From: a virus
Strand: one strand, 5' to 3'
Virus record (IMG/VR): IMGVR_UViG_3300044712_000688
Coordinates: 1-64,000 of that record
Length of the DNA: 64,000 nt
The translations under genes and the position numbers were made by a program. This document shows positions 40,721 to 50,159 of the stretch, piece after piece; within the stretch, counting starts at the first letter, position 1; each line of letters begins with the position of its first letter. Below the pieces are notes generated by a model. That model ran no database searches. It was given only the letters and a program-made list of their open reading frames with translations, and was not told the origin of the DNA.

Positions 40721-41662
40721 ATGTTTGATGACGAGATAGACAGCAAAAACTTAGCACCCGAATACATGATCGACGACCCGATCGACATGCGCGTTGACCT
40801 CAGCCAATACGGCATCGAGGAAGTGGACAAGGGCGTCTGCCAAGATACATTTGAGAACCGTGCTATTATTCGGCGAGCGCGTCTGATCTGGGACAGCGTT
40901 TATTCTATGAACGGAGTTCCAACGGGACTCATCCGCGTTCGTTCGAAGGAATCAATCGCCGAGAAGCGTCTACTATCTTTAGCCGAAAAGAAACCGATCC
41001 TTGCTGAACCGGACAACAAAAACTCCGACTTCATCACAGGCCTGGACCTCTTAGCGGAAACGGCGAGCGACTACTTGGTTCCTCCGTGGGTAGTTAATGC
41101 CACCCGTATGTACCTCAAGGAGCAAGAAGCCGGGGGACCTATGTCCCCGAAACGGAAACCGCTTGCCATGCCAGCTCGTTGCCGTCACATCAAGGATGAC
41201 GGTATACGTTGTATGCTTTGGTCTTCAGGACGTCCAAACGATGACGGCCTGTGCAGAGTACACCTCAGAAGCATCCAACATAAAACGACGGATGACATCG
41301 AACGAGCTCGTGCGAAGTTGATGCAGGCTGCACCGTATGCTGTAGACAAACTCGAAGAACTCATGGAGTATGCTGAGAGCGAGCCGGTAAGACTCAAAGC
41401 TGCAACGGAGATCCTAGATCGCGCTGGTGTAAGAGGCGGCGTGGAGATAGACACGAACGTCAACATTGATGTACGGCCAGCAGCTAGTGTCATTGCCGAG
41501 AGGTTGGACCGCCTAGCTCAAGGAGCGATCGCAACTGCTGCGAAGTTAGCGGATGCAGGTATTCACGTGTCTCCGGATAAAGAGATCATTGATGCTGATA
41601 TAGTCACGGATGAGAAAACGGAAGAGCGGCCTGCGCTTACTTCGGAGGAAGAAAAGAAATAA
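40721..41662 (+). CDS. Phage protein; C-terminal half resembles small-terminase-like proteins
   Basis: CRH...C...C..H finger then VRLKAATEILDRAG; functional call tentative. Confidence 0.45.
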   Translation: MFDDEIDSKNLAPEYMIDDPIDMRVDLSQYGIEEVDKGVCQDTFENRAIIRRARLIWDSVYSMNGVPTGLIRVRSKESIAEKRLLSLAEKKPILAEPDNKNSDFITGLDLLAETASDYLVPPWVVNATRMYLKEQEAGGPMSPKRKPLAMPARCRHIKDDGIRCMLWSSGRPNDDGLCRVHLRSIQHKTTDDIERARAKLMQAAPYAVDKLEELMEYAESEPVRLKAATEILDRAGVRGGVEIDTNVNIDVRPAASVIAERLDRLAQGAIATAAKLADAGIHVSPDKEIIDADIVTDEKTEERPALTSEEEKK

Positions 41663-41859
41663 TGAAAACTCAGGGAGAGATCCTCGAAGCGGCACGCGCT
41701 CTGTACGGGAACCTTAAAGCGGACATAGCAAATGCACATACACGGATCGAGCACATACGGATCACAACACTGACGCAGGAAGCTGCAAATCTTTTAACGG
41801 ATCTAGAAAATTTCTTTAGTGCGTCTACTGTGTTAGACTCAACGGGTGAGCAGATCTAA
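41662..41859 (+). CDS. Hypothetical protein
   Basis: TAATG coupling. Confidence 0.55.
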   Translation: MKTQGEILEAARALYGNLKADIANAHTRIEHIRITTLTQEAANLLTDLENFFSASTVLDSTGEQI

Positions 41860-42679
41860 TAAAGCTTTAATAAGCGCGTTTATTGCGACGGCGAGGAAGT
41901 ACAACGGGTATACCTCCGAGCTCCTCGGACGTAACATCTTTGGCCAGCGGGTTGGCTATGACGCTCAGCCTTGGGCGGGTGCCTTCGTTGATGTTGTTGC
42001 CCGCGAGTCCGGCCTGCATCTACCATCTTTCACTTATGTGCCCGCGGGACTAGCGGCCTGCGTACGTACGGGGAACATCTCACGAACACCTCGAGCCGGT
42101 GACATTGCGGTATATGCATTCTCCAGCAACACGGCGAGCGCGTTCTCTTCCCCCCACTGCGGGATCGTAACCGACGCACGTAACTTCAAACGAACCGGTG
42201 AGTTCCTCGCGATCGAAGGGGACACCGTCGGGACGGGCGTCTACCAAAACAAGAACGGCGTGCACCAACGGATCCGATCTTTAAACGAAGTTGTTTTGTT
42301 TTGCCGGCCGACGGATCCAGGGAGAAGCGGCCTGCATCTTCTGACGAAGCTTGTTCAGAAGTTAACGGGGGGAGCTCCGGATCGAGTCGAGCTTCAAACA
42401 ATTAACGAAGCGGCGAGCGCACCTAAGGAGATCCGCCTTTCTAAGTTAACGACCGCACGTACCAAGAACACGGACATCGAACGGGTCCAGCTAGCGCTTT
42501 CACTTGTAACGGATCTCAAGGGAGCTGACCGCGGGAAGTGGGATGCAGCTACAGCAAGTGCATTCGCTAACTTCCAACGGACGATCGGCCGAGTTGGATC
42601 CGACGCATCCGGTGCTCCAGATCTTCCAACGTTGCAACGTCTATCAAAAGAAACGGGCCTGTTCACAGTCTCCGAGTAG
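41846..42679 (+). CDS. CHAP-like domain (catalytic Cys apparently replaced) plus PG-binding-like domain
   Basis: QPWAGAFV, AGDIAVY, HCGIV, AIEGDT; GKWDAAT..A...FQR. Confidence 0.7.
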   Translation: MSRSNKALISAFIATARKYNGYTSELLGRNIFGQRVGYDAQPWAGAFVDVVARESGLHLPSFTYVPAGLAACVRTGNISRTPRAGDIAVYAFSSNTASAFSSPHCGIVTDARNFKRTGEFLAIEGDTVGTGVYQNKNGVHQRIRSLNEVVLFCRPTDPGRSGLHLLTKLVQKLTGGAPDRVELQTINEAASAPKEIRLSKLTTARTKNTDIERVQLALSLVTDLKGADRGKWDAATASAFANFQRTIGRVGSDASGAPDLPTLQRLSKETGLFTVSE

Positions 42680-42697
42680 ATGAGATATAATTCACGT

Positions 42698-43351
42698 ATG
42701 ACGTCTGATCCATTGCTACTTACCAAGGAGAATTTCGCGCTCGCAGAATTCGAAGCTGAGGAGATCTATCCGAGGATCTTTGTTGTTCATGACTTTGTCC
42801 GGCCTGCAGAGATCGAGAAGCTCGAGCTCCAGTTCTCAACAATGAACGAAGAAGACTGGCGAGTCTCCTACACTGAAAGCTTGTACCGATTCATCGAGGA
42901 CCAGTACGGCGTGCGTACGTTTGAAGAAGCCCAGGCGCTAGGTCACCGGATCGAACTCGACGGCGAGTGGGTAGACAAGAATGCGATCATCCAGGATACG
43001 TCGTTGATGCAAACTTTAAACGAACGGCTTGCTAAGATCTTCGCCGGCCTCCCTGGCGTCGAGCTTCGCGGCGTGGGCTCCATCCAAAGACAATACGAAG
43101 GCGTGCGGCTTAACTACCACATCGACAGCGAGTCAAACCCGCGGGTCCTCTACGCATGCGTGCTTTACGTGAACGGAGACTTCGAAGGCGGCGAGCTGCA
43201 CTTCCCACGAATTGATGTGAAGATTAAGCCGGCTGCAGGAGATCTAATCATCTTCCCATCAGCGGATGACTATTTGCACGGCGTGCTTCCCGTAGAAGCA
43301 GGACCCACCCGATATGCTTTACCAGCGTTCGTCGACAAGCGAGAGGATTAA
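42698..43351 (+). CDS. 2OG-Fe(II) oxygenase
   Basis: HID, VLYVNGDFEGGEL, HGV, RY. Confidence 0.87.
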   Translation: MTSDPLLLTKENFALAEFEAEEIYPRIFVVHDFVRPAEIEKLELQFSTMNEEDWRVSYTESLYRFIEDQYGVRTFEEAQALGHRIELDGEWVDKNAIIQDTSLMQTLNERLAKIFAGLPGVELRGVGSIQRQYEGVRLNYHIDSESNPRVLYACVLYVNGDFEGGELHFPRIDVKIKPAAGDLIIFPSADDYLHGVLPVEAGPTRYALPAFVDKRED

Positions 43352-43354
43352 CGG

Positions 43355-44053
43355 ATGTCACTAACCATCGAAGCTTTTACCCAAGCGGGTTATGAAGTTG
43401 AGGAGCTAGCTACAGAAGTCTGGGAAGTTAAGAACTTCATGAGCTCAGCGGACATCAAACTAATCATGGACTTCATTGAAACTTTGACGGAGGAGGACTG
43501 GATCGGTCATTACATGAACCACCTCCGCGACAAGGCGGAGAAAGAGTTCGGGACTCGCGACATCGAAACTCTTCAGAAGGAGGGCAAGATGGAGATCACT
43601 TTCGACTGGGCTGATAAGAACATCATGTTTCCTAATTCGGAAGTTGTTGGTCGTATCAACGAGGGCGTCAGCAAAATCATTTCGTACGACCCAAACCTTC
43701 ACTTCCCAGGATCTGGTACCATCCAACGTCAGTACGAGGGATCTGACCTCAAGGTCCATGTTGACAATCACGTAGACCCATACGTTGCGTACGCTGCTGT
43801 GATTTATCTGAACGACGACTACGTACATGGCGAGGTTATCTTCCCTGAGCAAGGCCTGGAGTTAAAACCAAAGCCTGGTTCGATGTTGATGTTCTCATCT
43901 GGAGAGACTCACCCTCATGGCGTTAATCCTCCTGGGCCTGGTCCTCTGCGTTACGTCCTCCCTTGTTTCATCAAGCAGCACGAGCTGCCTGAGGGATTCG
44001 TGCACAACCCAAGTCCAATGCACCTGAAGTACCAAACAACGAAGAAGTACTAG
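43355..44053 (+). CDS. 2OG-Fe(II) oxygenase (tandem paralog)
   Basis: HVD, IYLNDDY, HGV, RY. Confidence 0.87.
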   Translation: MSLTIEAFTQAGYEVEELATEVWEVKNFMSSADIKLIMDFIETLTEEDWIGHYMNHLRDKAEKEFGTRDIETLQKEGKMEITFDWADKNIMFPNSEVVGRINEGVSKIISYDPNLHFPGSGTIQRQYEGSDLKVHVDNHVDPYVAYAAVIYLNDDYVHGEVIFPEQGLELKPKPGSMLMFSSGETHPHGVNPPGPGPLRYVLPCFIKQHELPEGFVHNPSPMHLKYQTTKKY

Positions 44054-44194
44054 TGGCAGCTGTGACATGTGGCCACTGCAATGGCACTGGTTGGAACAAG
44101 GAAGACGCAGAGATCTGCAGGCATTGCTGGGGTTGTGGAGAAAGCTCTGCGCAGTTAACTTGACATTCGGCGAGCGCCGTGTTACAGTTACTCC

Positions 44195-44419
44195 ATGGGA
44201 AAATTAAAAGTTACTTCTTCGGAAGCCATGCGCTGGGTTAACCAGGCAGTTATCACTTTGAATGACGGGCGTACGGTGCCCATCGGGTTCCTCTCCGATG
44301 ACGAGGGGCCAGAGCTTGAGTCCTTGGTTATCTACGGAGCGGGCGTGCCCGAATCGGTCGAGAATGAAATCAAAGATATTCTCGCGGAGGTCGGCGCGGA
44401 TGCCAACAACGACTGGTAG
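44195..44419 (+). CDS. Hypothetical protein, leaderless
   Basis: TTGACA-17-TACAGT promoter at 44160 immediately upstream. Confidence 0.6.
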   Translation: MGKLKVTSSEAMRWVNQAVITLNDGRTVPIGFLSDDEGPELESLVIYGAGVPESVENEIKDILAEVGADANNDW

Positions 44420-44681
44420 TTGCGGCGAGCCTTTCTGTGAGGTAGACTGTGAGCCGTTTGTCTGTAGGGACTGCGGCGAGAACACGCTACACATCGATGA
44501 GTACTACATGCTGACGGACACGGTCTGGGACTCGATCTACAAGAAGCGGCGTGGAATGCTCTGCATCGGATGTGTCGAGCAACGGCTTGGTAGGAAGTTG
44601 GTGCCCGCGGACTTCGCGGATGTCCCTCTGAACTACTTCCCAACTTTTTCAAAACGGCTTGCCTCCAGACGGATGAGCTAA
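44400..44681 (+). CDS. Cys-rich actinophage-type protein
   Basis: CRDCG...EYYM...VW...LCIGCVEQRLGR...DF. Confidence 0.65.
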   Translation: MPTTTGSCGEPFCEVDCEPFVCRDCGENTLHIDEYYMLTDTVWDSIYKKRRGMLCIGCVEQRLGRKLVPADFADVPLNYFPTFSKRLASRRMS

Positions 44682-44701
44682 ACTATTAACGAAAGAAACA
44701 A

Positions 44702-44884
44702 ATGTACGGATTTGAATACCTGGTAAAACCTTCAGCGGCGAGCTCTAACTTCGAACGAGTGATCGTCTTTGCTGAAGATGTAACGGATGCTGAGAAGCAA
44801 CTTGCAGCTGTAACTTTCAACGGACACCCCTTGGTGAGCTGGACCCTGAAAGAAAGTAAGATGCTTCTTGCGACAAAGAATTAA
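44702..44884 (+). CDS. Hypothetical protein
   Basis: GAAAG RBS. Confidence 0.55.
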   Translation: MYGFEYLVKPSAASSNFERVIVFAEDVTDAEKQLAAVTFNGHPLVSWTLKESKMLLATKN

Positions 44885-45176
44885 AGACGGCCTGCGCCAG
44901 TACGTCGCGCAGTTCAAACGAGCCCCATGGTGGGTTAAAGTCATCGCGACTCTATGCATTGCTTATTTGGTTGTACCCATTGATCCGTTTGACATCATCT
45001 TTCCTTGGATGGCATTCAGTGATGACTTGTTCGTCGCGGGTCTGCTTCTTAAACTTCTTCACAAGTACGGTGCCATCCCAGGTGATGAGAAGCTAACGCC
45101 GGCGCAACTTCTAACGAAGATCTTGCCTCCCCGTAAGAAGAAGCTGCAGGATCGATCCGAATCATTCCGCGGGTAG
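44868..45176 (+). CDS. YkvA/DUF1232 membrane protein
   Basis: APWWVK...YLVVPID...FSDDL. Confidence 0.75.
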   Translation: MRQRIKDGLRQYVAQFKRAPWWVKVIATLCIAYLVVPIDPFDIIFPWMAFSDDLFVAGLLLKLLHKYGAIPGDEKLTPAQLLTKILPPRKKKLQDRSESFRG

Positions 45177-45233
45177 TTGACATATCGGCATGCACATGCT
45201 ACGGTGGATACTACCTAGAGAAAGGGGTGTCCA

Positions 45234-45392
45234 ATGTATGGACTAGATTTCACCGACCCAGCTATCAAGAAGGCCTACCAACTGGGCTTCAATGACGGCC
45301 TGACCTGCGCGGTAGACAACGCGAAGGAATTCGAATACATCGACGACGAGCAAGCGGACGAGTTGCTGACTGAACTCGTAGACTTGAATTAA
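45234..45392 (+). CDS. 52-aa acidic hypothetical protein
   Basis: TTGACA-17-TACGGT promoter at 45178; AGAAAGGGG RBS. Confidence 0.55.
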   Translation: MYGLDFTDPAIKKAYQLGFNDGLTCAVDNAKEFEYIDDEQADELLTELVDLN

Positions 45393-45418
45393 CGGCGAGC
45401 ACCTGCTAAGGTATAGAT

Positions 45419-45619
45419 ATGACTACTAAACAACCATTCACTGTTTTATCGGGCGAGTCATTCACGGTGTTCGCCACTAGTGCTGATGAAGCGCTAGCCA
45501 AGTACTACGTATCCCAAGGGCACGTAGACGAGAACGAGTACGACGGCGAGCCGTTTGACTTCACGGACCTAGACAATGACGTCGAAGAATCAGAAACTAT
45601 GACGGAAGTGATTAACTAA
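45419..45619 (+). CDS. Acidic hypothetical protein, leaderless
   Basis: TTGAAT-17-TAAGGT promoter directly upstream. Confidence 0.6.
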   Translation: MTTKQPFTVLSGESFTVFATSADEALAKYYVSQGHVDENEYDGEPFDFTDLDNDVEESETMTEVIN

Positions 45620-45855
45620 TGGAAACCAAGTTTGATGCAAAGAAGTACATCCAGAAGGAATACGGTTCCATCGTCGGTGCCAAGATTATCGGCGTGCGAC
45701 CGCTGTCGGCGAGCGAACTGGATGCCATGGGATGGTATGACGGTGCGTATGATGTCGCGTTTGTTATTCTCCTTGATAACGGGCAAGCACTCATCCCATC
45801 GATGGACCCAGAAGGTAACGGTGCTGGTCACGTGTTCTTGGAGCGTTGGAAGTAA
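45619..45855 (+). CDS. Hypothetical protein
   Basis: Coupled; DPEGNGAG motif. Confidence 0.6.
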   Translation: METKFDAKKYIQKEYGSIVGAKIIGVRPLSASELDAMGWYDGAYDVAFVILLDNGQALIPSMDPEGNGAGHVFLERWK

Positions 45856-45869
45856 CTAACTAACGGGAC

Positions 45870-45914
45870 AAGACTGAAACTTCCTACGAATTCGTTCGTG
45901 GGAAGTTTTCTTTT
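45870..45914 (+). terminator. Intrinsic terminator built from an inverted pair of the polar 13-mer
   Basis: AAACTTCCTACGAA-TTCG-TTCGTGGGAAGTTTTCTTTT. Confidence 0.75.
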
Positions 45915-45993
45915 AAGCGGATCAATCGCCGGACCTGGCCCTAGCTAACTTCGAACGAATCACTATTTATTAACTGCAGTACGATTAGATTCC

Positions 45994-46281
45994 ATGAGAG
46001 CAATTGAACTCCACTTAATAGAGAACGAAGTCGACGCTGGTATGGCCATCGTGGCTGGACTAGTTACCCCTGAAGATCTAGCTGACATTGAATGCATAAG
46101 CTGCACTGAAGAAGTAGGTCAGTCGAGTGGTTCGTTCTATGCATATCTAATAGGCCTTGATGAGAAGTCACAATGGATAGTGTGCCTGGACTGTGCTCAG
46201 GATGCGATCAGTGCTGTACCTGTAAGTCCATTCTTAGATGAGGATCTTGATCCCCTAACTTTTGACGAAGACGATGACTAG
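45994..46281 (+). CDS. Hypothetical protein (CxxC), rich in palindromic sites
   Basis: 95 aa; CISC and CLDC. Confidence 0.55.
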   Translation: MRAIELHLIENEVDAGMAIVAGLVTPEDLADIECISCTEEVGQSSGSFYAYLIGLDEKSQWIVCLDCAQDAISAVPVSPFLDEDLDPLTFDEDDD

Positions 46282-46332
46282 CTGCTGATCGATCTTCCGA
46301 AAAAAAAAATAAAAAAATCTTTGTTGGAAGAG

Positions 46333-46362
46333 TTGCGCTTTTGTCGCGACTTCGTGTAAAGT
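46333..46362 (+). promoter_or_regulatory. Promoter TTGCGC-18-TAAAGT with upstream A tract
   Basis: Same design at 48183, 52671, 56965, 57868 (TTGCG) and 55343, 55913, 62073 (TTGAC). Confidence 0.7.
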
Positions 46363-46408
46363 TGCTCTTGTCGGGAAAACGACACTCAACTACTGGAAAG
46401 GCACGAAA

Positions 46409-46915
46409 GTGAACCCAACAACATTCGGGGAAGTATCTTCCGAAATTGCTGACGCACTTGCCACTTCGCACGAAGAGGTAAGCAACAAGCCTCGCCTAAT
46501 GGGAATGGGCATTTACCTTGAGGCGCACGCAACCAACTCATACCCACGAACCACGCAAGTTCTGATTACCCCAAGTGGTAAGAATGAAAAGGGTGAGGTC
46601 GTAAGTATGGCTGTTATCTATCGCACCATTAGCGAGTTCTCACCTCGCGCTCAATGGCGCACTAACTTTGTTCGCACTCCAAAAGAGTTTGAGGCTATGT
46701 CGCCTGTTGATAAGGCTGTTCACCTCGCCTCGCGTGCTAACGAAACCACTGCGCGTATGTTCCCAGAGGGATTTACGCCACGACCACGACCAATCGTGTT
46801 CGAACTAACTGATGTTGATTTCAGCGACATTAGTTCTTGGAAAGCACCTGCGTCTGCGTTGCGCCGAATTACTAAAGCGCGTGCCGAAGTGGGCTACCCA
46901 GAAAACCTTTACTAG
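46409..46915 (+). CDS. Hypothetical protein
   Basis: GGAAAGG RBS, GTG start. Confidence 0.65.
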   Translation: MNPTTFGEVSSEIADALATSHEEVSNKPRLMGMGIYLEAHATNSYPRTTQVLITPSGKNEKGEVVSMAVIYRTISEFSPRAQWRTNFVRTPKEFEAMSPVDKAVHLASRANETTARMFPEGFTPRPRPIVFELTDVDFSDISSWKAPASALRRITKARAEVGYPENLY

Positions 46916-46942
46916 GGAAATCGAAAAGGACGGAAAACTAAA

Positions 46943-47959
46943 ATGACTATCGAAACCAAAACCCACGAAGAAATCGTGGACGCAATCTACCCAGACCTGA
47001 CTTCACTGATTTTCGGTGTCGCTGTTCAGGGTGAGGACGAAACCAAAGTTCCTGCTGGTCTGACTTCGCTAATGCCGAAAAGTGGACGCGCAAATCTTCG
47101 CGCTAAGATTGGAACTGGAACTCCAAAACCAAAGGCAAAGGCAACTGTGAGCGTAGATGTAATTGAGGGCGCAGAGAAGTATCAGCGTCCAAATGGCGAT
47201 TTCTACTTCTCGCGCTCTTGGGGCGAACATTCAGATGTTGAGGTGCTACGCAAAGCACGCGCAAACAATCAGTATGTGCTTTTGTATGGTGCGCCCGGAA
47301 CTGGCAAAACTGCCCTAGTTGAGGGCGCGTTCCCTAACGAACTTTACACAATTCTTGGTTCAGGCGACACCGAACTTTCGGACTTCATTGGTGGCTATGT
47401 TCAGACCCCAAGTGGTTCGTTCGAATGGGTGGACGGCGTTCTGGTCAAGTCTGCCGAAGAGGGCAAAGTTCTTCTGATTGACGAGATTGGTCTGATTGAC
47501 CCAAAGGTTCTTTCGGCGGTCTATGGTCTAATGGACGGACGCAAGGAAATCGTAATCACTGCGAACCCAGAGCGCGGAACTGTAAAAGCAAAGGACGGCT
47601 TTTATGTGGTCGGCGCGACAAACCCCAATGCGCCGGGCGTGCGCCTAAGCGAGGCGTTGCTCTCACGCTTTTCCATTCAGGCTGAAATGACGACTGACTG
47701 GGCATTGGCTAAGAAGTTGGGCGTTCCTGCGTCTGCTGTTTCAGTCGCACAAAACTTGGCGAAAAAGCAAATGAATGGCGAAACTTCGTGGTCGCCACAA
47801 ATGCGTGAACTGTTGGCATACAAGTCAATCAGCGAAGTGTTTGGAACTAAGTTTGCGATTTCGAACTTGCTTGCGAGTGCGCCCGAACTTGACCGCCCTG
47901 TTGTGGCAGATGTTTTCACTCGCGTGTTCGGTGAAGAGTGTCGCCCTGCGAAGATTTAG
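46943..47959 (+). CDS. MoxR/CbbQ-like AAA+ ATPase
   Basis: GAPGTGKT, LLIDEI, ATNP, SEALLSRF. Confidence 0.88.
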   Translation: MTIETKTHEEIVDAIYPDLTSLIFGVAVQGEDETKVPAGLTSLMPKSGRANLRAKIGTGTPKPKAKATVSVDVIEGAEKYQRPNGDFYFSRSWGEHSDVEVLRKARANNQYVLLYGAPGTGKTALVEGAFPNELYTILGSGDTELSDFIGGYVQTPSGSFEWVDGVLVKSAEEGKVLLIDEIGLIDPKVLSAVYGLMDGRKEIVITANPERGTVKAKDGFYVVGATNPNAPGVRLSEALLSRFSIQAEMTTDWALAKKLGVPASAVSVAQNLAKKQMNGETSWSPQMRELLAYKSISEVFGTKFAISNLLASAPELDRPVVADVFTRVFGEECRPAKI

Positions 47960-47971
47960 TTTCCGTCCGAA

Positions 47972-48016
47972 ACTGAAAAGCGAAGTGCCAGAGCAATCTG
48001 GCACTTTTGCTTTTTC
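47972..48016 (+). terminator. Intrinsic terminator
   Basis: AAGTGCCAGA-GCAA-TCTGGCACTT plus T tract. Confidence 0.8.
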
Positions 48017-48020
48017 GGGG

Positions 48021-48161
48021 GTCGCAGCTTTGGGGATCGTACGCATTACTTCCCACGAAGAATTAACAAAGCTTTGCCCCTGATCGACCATGGCCCAGGG
48101 TTCACCCGGGCACTAGTAATTAGGGATAGAGCTGCGCCGGACTTGGGATCGAAACTGGCCG
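48021..48161. repeat. Polylinker-like linker
   Basis: 3 GATC, 3 AGCT, 2 CCGG, 2 GGCC, CCATGG, CGTACG and ACTAGT in about 140 bp. Confidence 0.85.
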
Positions 48162-48244
48162 AAATCTTTTTGGGAAATGGGGTTGCGCTCAATCGCAAAA
48201 GTGCGCTATCCTAAATGGGTAATCAGTTTTGGAAAGGACTGGAA

Positions 48245-50035
48245 ATGACGCACTACAAACCAACTTCGCGCCTCGCTACTCGCGCTGGCGCAACTCCGTC
48301 TGAATGGTTAGCAACTTGCGCCCAGATTGGTCAAGTCGCTAATGAGTGGGCTGGTCGTAATGACTTGGCTGTCTATGCTGGTGAGGACGCTGGTATGGGT
48401 CAAGCGATTGCTTGCTTTATTGGCGACACTGCTGAAATCGAAATCAACTTGGCTGGCGCGTTTGGAAAAGCAACCACGCCTGAAATGGTTGGCGACTTTA
48501 CACTTCGCGCAACCCAATACGAATGGGCAGAACCAACTGGCGTGATTTACCACGAGGCTCTTCACGCGCGTTCGTCTGATAAGTGGGATTACTCGCTCTT
48601 CGAAAGTGAACACAACAAGGGCAACCAAAATGTTCTTGACGCTTTCTGGTTGCTAGAGGAAAGTCGCATTGAGCGCATTGGCGTTTTGACTTACCCAAAG
48701 AATAGGCTCTTCCTGCGTGCGTCTGCTCTTGGTCTGGCTCTTGGCGAGATTGACGAAGAGGCATTGGCAAAGGCAAGCGAGGTTCGCGTAATGGCGCAAA
48801 TGTCTGGACTTGCTCTCGCTCGCGTGGACGCTGGCGTTGTTGGTCTGGCAGATGTTCAGAAGATTTACGAGCGTGCGCTTGATGTTCTTGGCGAAGAGTT
48901 GTTTGAGAAGTTGCGTTCTGTTTGGGTGCGTTTCCACGCTCTTCCAAATGGCGCGACTGTCGCTGGTCTGGACTTGGCACGCGAGTGGGTTGAGTTGCTA
49001 CGCGAGGCTGACCCAGAGGGCGAGAATGGTCAAGGTGCTGGAATGGCTTTCGTTCTCGCGACCAAAGGCGACTTGGAAGAGGACGCTGGTGGCACTGCGA
49101 TTTCTGTTTCGATTGACTTGGCTGACCAACAGACTGACGAAGAGTGGGCAGAAGAGGCAAAGGGTCGCGCAACCCAGAGCAAGAAGAAGAGCGAAGAGCG
49201 CAAGGTCGCTGAAATTATTTTCGACAAGCGCGAAGAGGGTTCTACTGGAACTAAGTCGCGTTCAGCACTTCGCGAAAAGCGTGCGCCAAAATCAGGTGAG
49301 CGTGCGAGTGCTGTGAAGATTGCCGAAATGTTGGACAAGGCGAAGTATCGTGAGCGTTCAGTTCACATTCGCAAAACCCACGAACCACTTGGCAAACTCA
49401 ATACTCGCAACGCTGTTCAGAATAGTGCTATGAAGTCAATGGGATTGCGTGGCGAACTTCCTGCTTGGAAGTCGAAGTCGCGCAAACACACTGACGACCC
49501 AACGCTGACCATTGGCGTAATGGTGGACATTTCAGGTTCTATGGGTTCGGCTATGGACGCTATGGCGACAACTGCTTGGGTGCTAAGTGAGGCTGGTCGT
49601 AGGGTTCAGGCGAAAACCGCTATGGTCTATTTCGGCGAAGATGTATTCGCAACTCTCAAGGTTGGGCAGAAGTTGGAAGAGGTTTCGGTCTGGTCTGCGC
49701 CTGACGGAACAGAGGTCTTTGATAAAGGGTTCTCGGCTCTCAATGGTGCGCTCGGTCTGACCTACTCGGACGGCGTGCGTTTGTTGGTCGTTGTGTCGGA
49801 CGGAAACTACACCCCGAAAGAAACCGCCAACGCGAAACGGATTGTGAAAGAGTGCGAACAGGCTGGCGTGGCTGTGCTGTTCATTACCCCAAAGGATTGC
49901 TACGGCACTGGCGCACGCGACATTACTAACGGCACGCACGCGGTTCACCTAGACGGAATGGCTGTCGAAAGTATCGCGCTGGAAATCGGCAAGTCTGCGT
50001 CTGACGCTCTCGCGAAAATCGGGGGTGGCGTGTAA
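48245..50035 (+). CDS. VWA-domain protein with N-terminal HExxH (CobT-like partner of the AAA+ ATPase)
   Basis: YHEALH; MIDAS DISGS...T...SDG. Confidence 0.85.
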   Translation: MTHYKPTSRLATRAGATPSEWLATCAQIGQVANEWAGRNDLAVYAGEDAGMGQAIACFIGDTAEIEINLAGAFGKATTPEMVGDFTLRATQYEWAEPTGVIYHEALHARSSDKWDYSLFESEHNKGNQNVLDAFWLLEESRIERIGVLTYPKNRLFLRASALGLALGEIDEEALAKASEVRVMAQMSGLALARVDAGVVGLADVQKIYERALDVLGEELFEKLRSVWVRFHALPNGATVAGLDLAREWVELLREADPEGENGQGAGMAFVLATKGDLEEDAGGTAISVSIDLADQQTDEEWAEEAKGRATQSKKKSEERKVAEIIFDKREEGSTGTKSRSALREKRAPKSGERASAVKIAEMLDKAKYRERSVHIRKTHEPLGKLNTRNAVQNSAMKSMGLRGELPAWKSKSRKHTDDPTLTIGVMVDISGSMGSAMDAMATTAWVLSEAGRRVQAKTAMVYFGEDVFATLKVGQKLEEVSVWSAPDGTEVFDKGFSALNGALGLTYSDGVRLLVVVSDGNYTPKETANAKRIVKECEQAGVAVLFITPKDCYGTGARDITNGTHAVHLDGMAVESIALEIGKSASDALAKIGGGV

Positions 50036-50049
50036 GTCGGCGTGCCTAA

Positions 50050-50158
50050 GAAGTCCATTAGCGGATTGAGCAAACTCGTTTCCCCCCTTTCCAAAATCGC
50101 TCTCCGCTAACGGATTAGGAATTCCTATCAGTTCCCCCACTGGTAGGGATTTCGCTTT
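50050..50158 (+). ncRNA. Candidate double-hairpin RNA with C6 and C5 loops
   Basis: TCCATTAGCGGA/TCCGCTAACGGA stem around TTTCCCCCCTTT; ATTCCTATCAGT/ACTGGTAGGGAT stem around CCCCC. Confidence 0.55.
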
Positions 50159-50159
50159 G

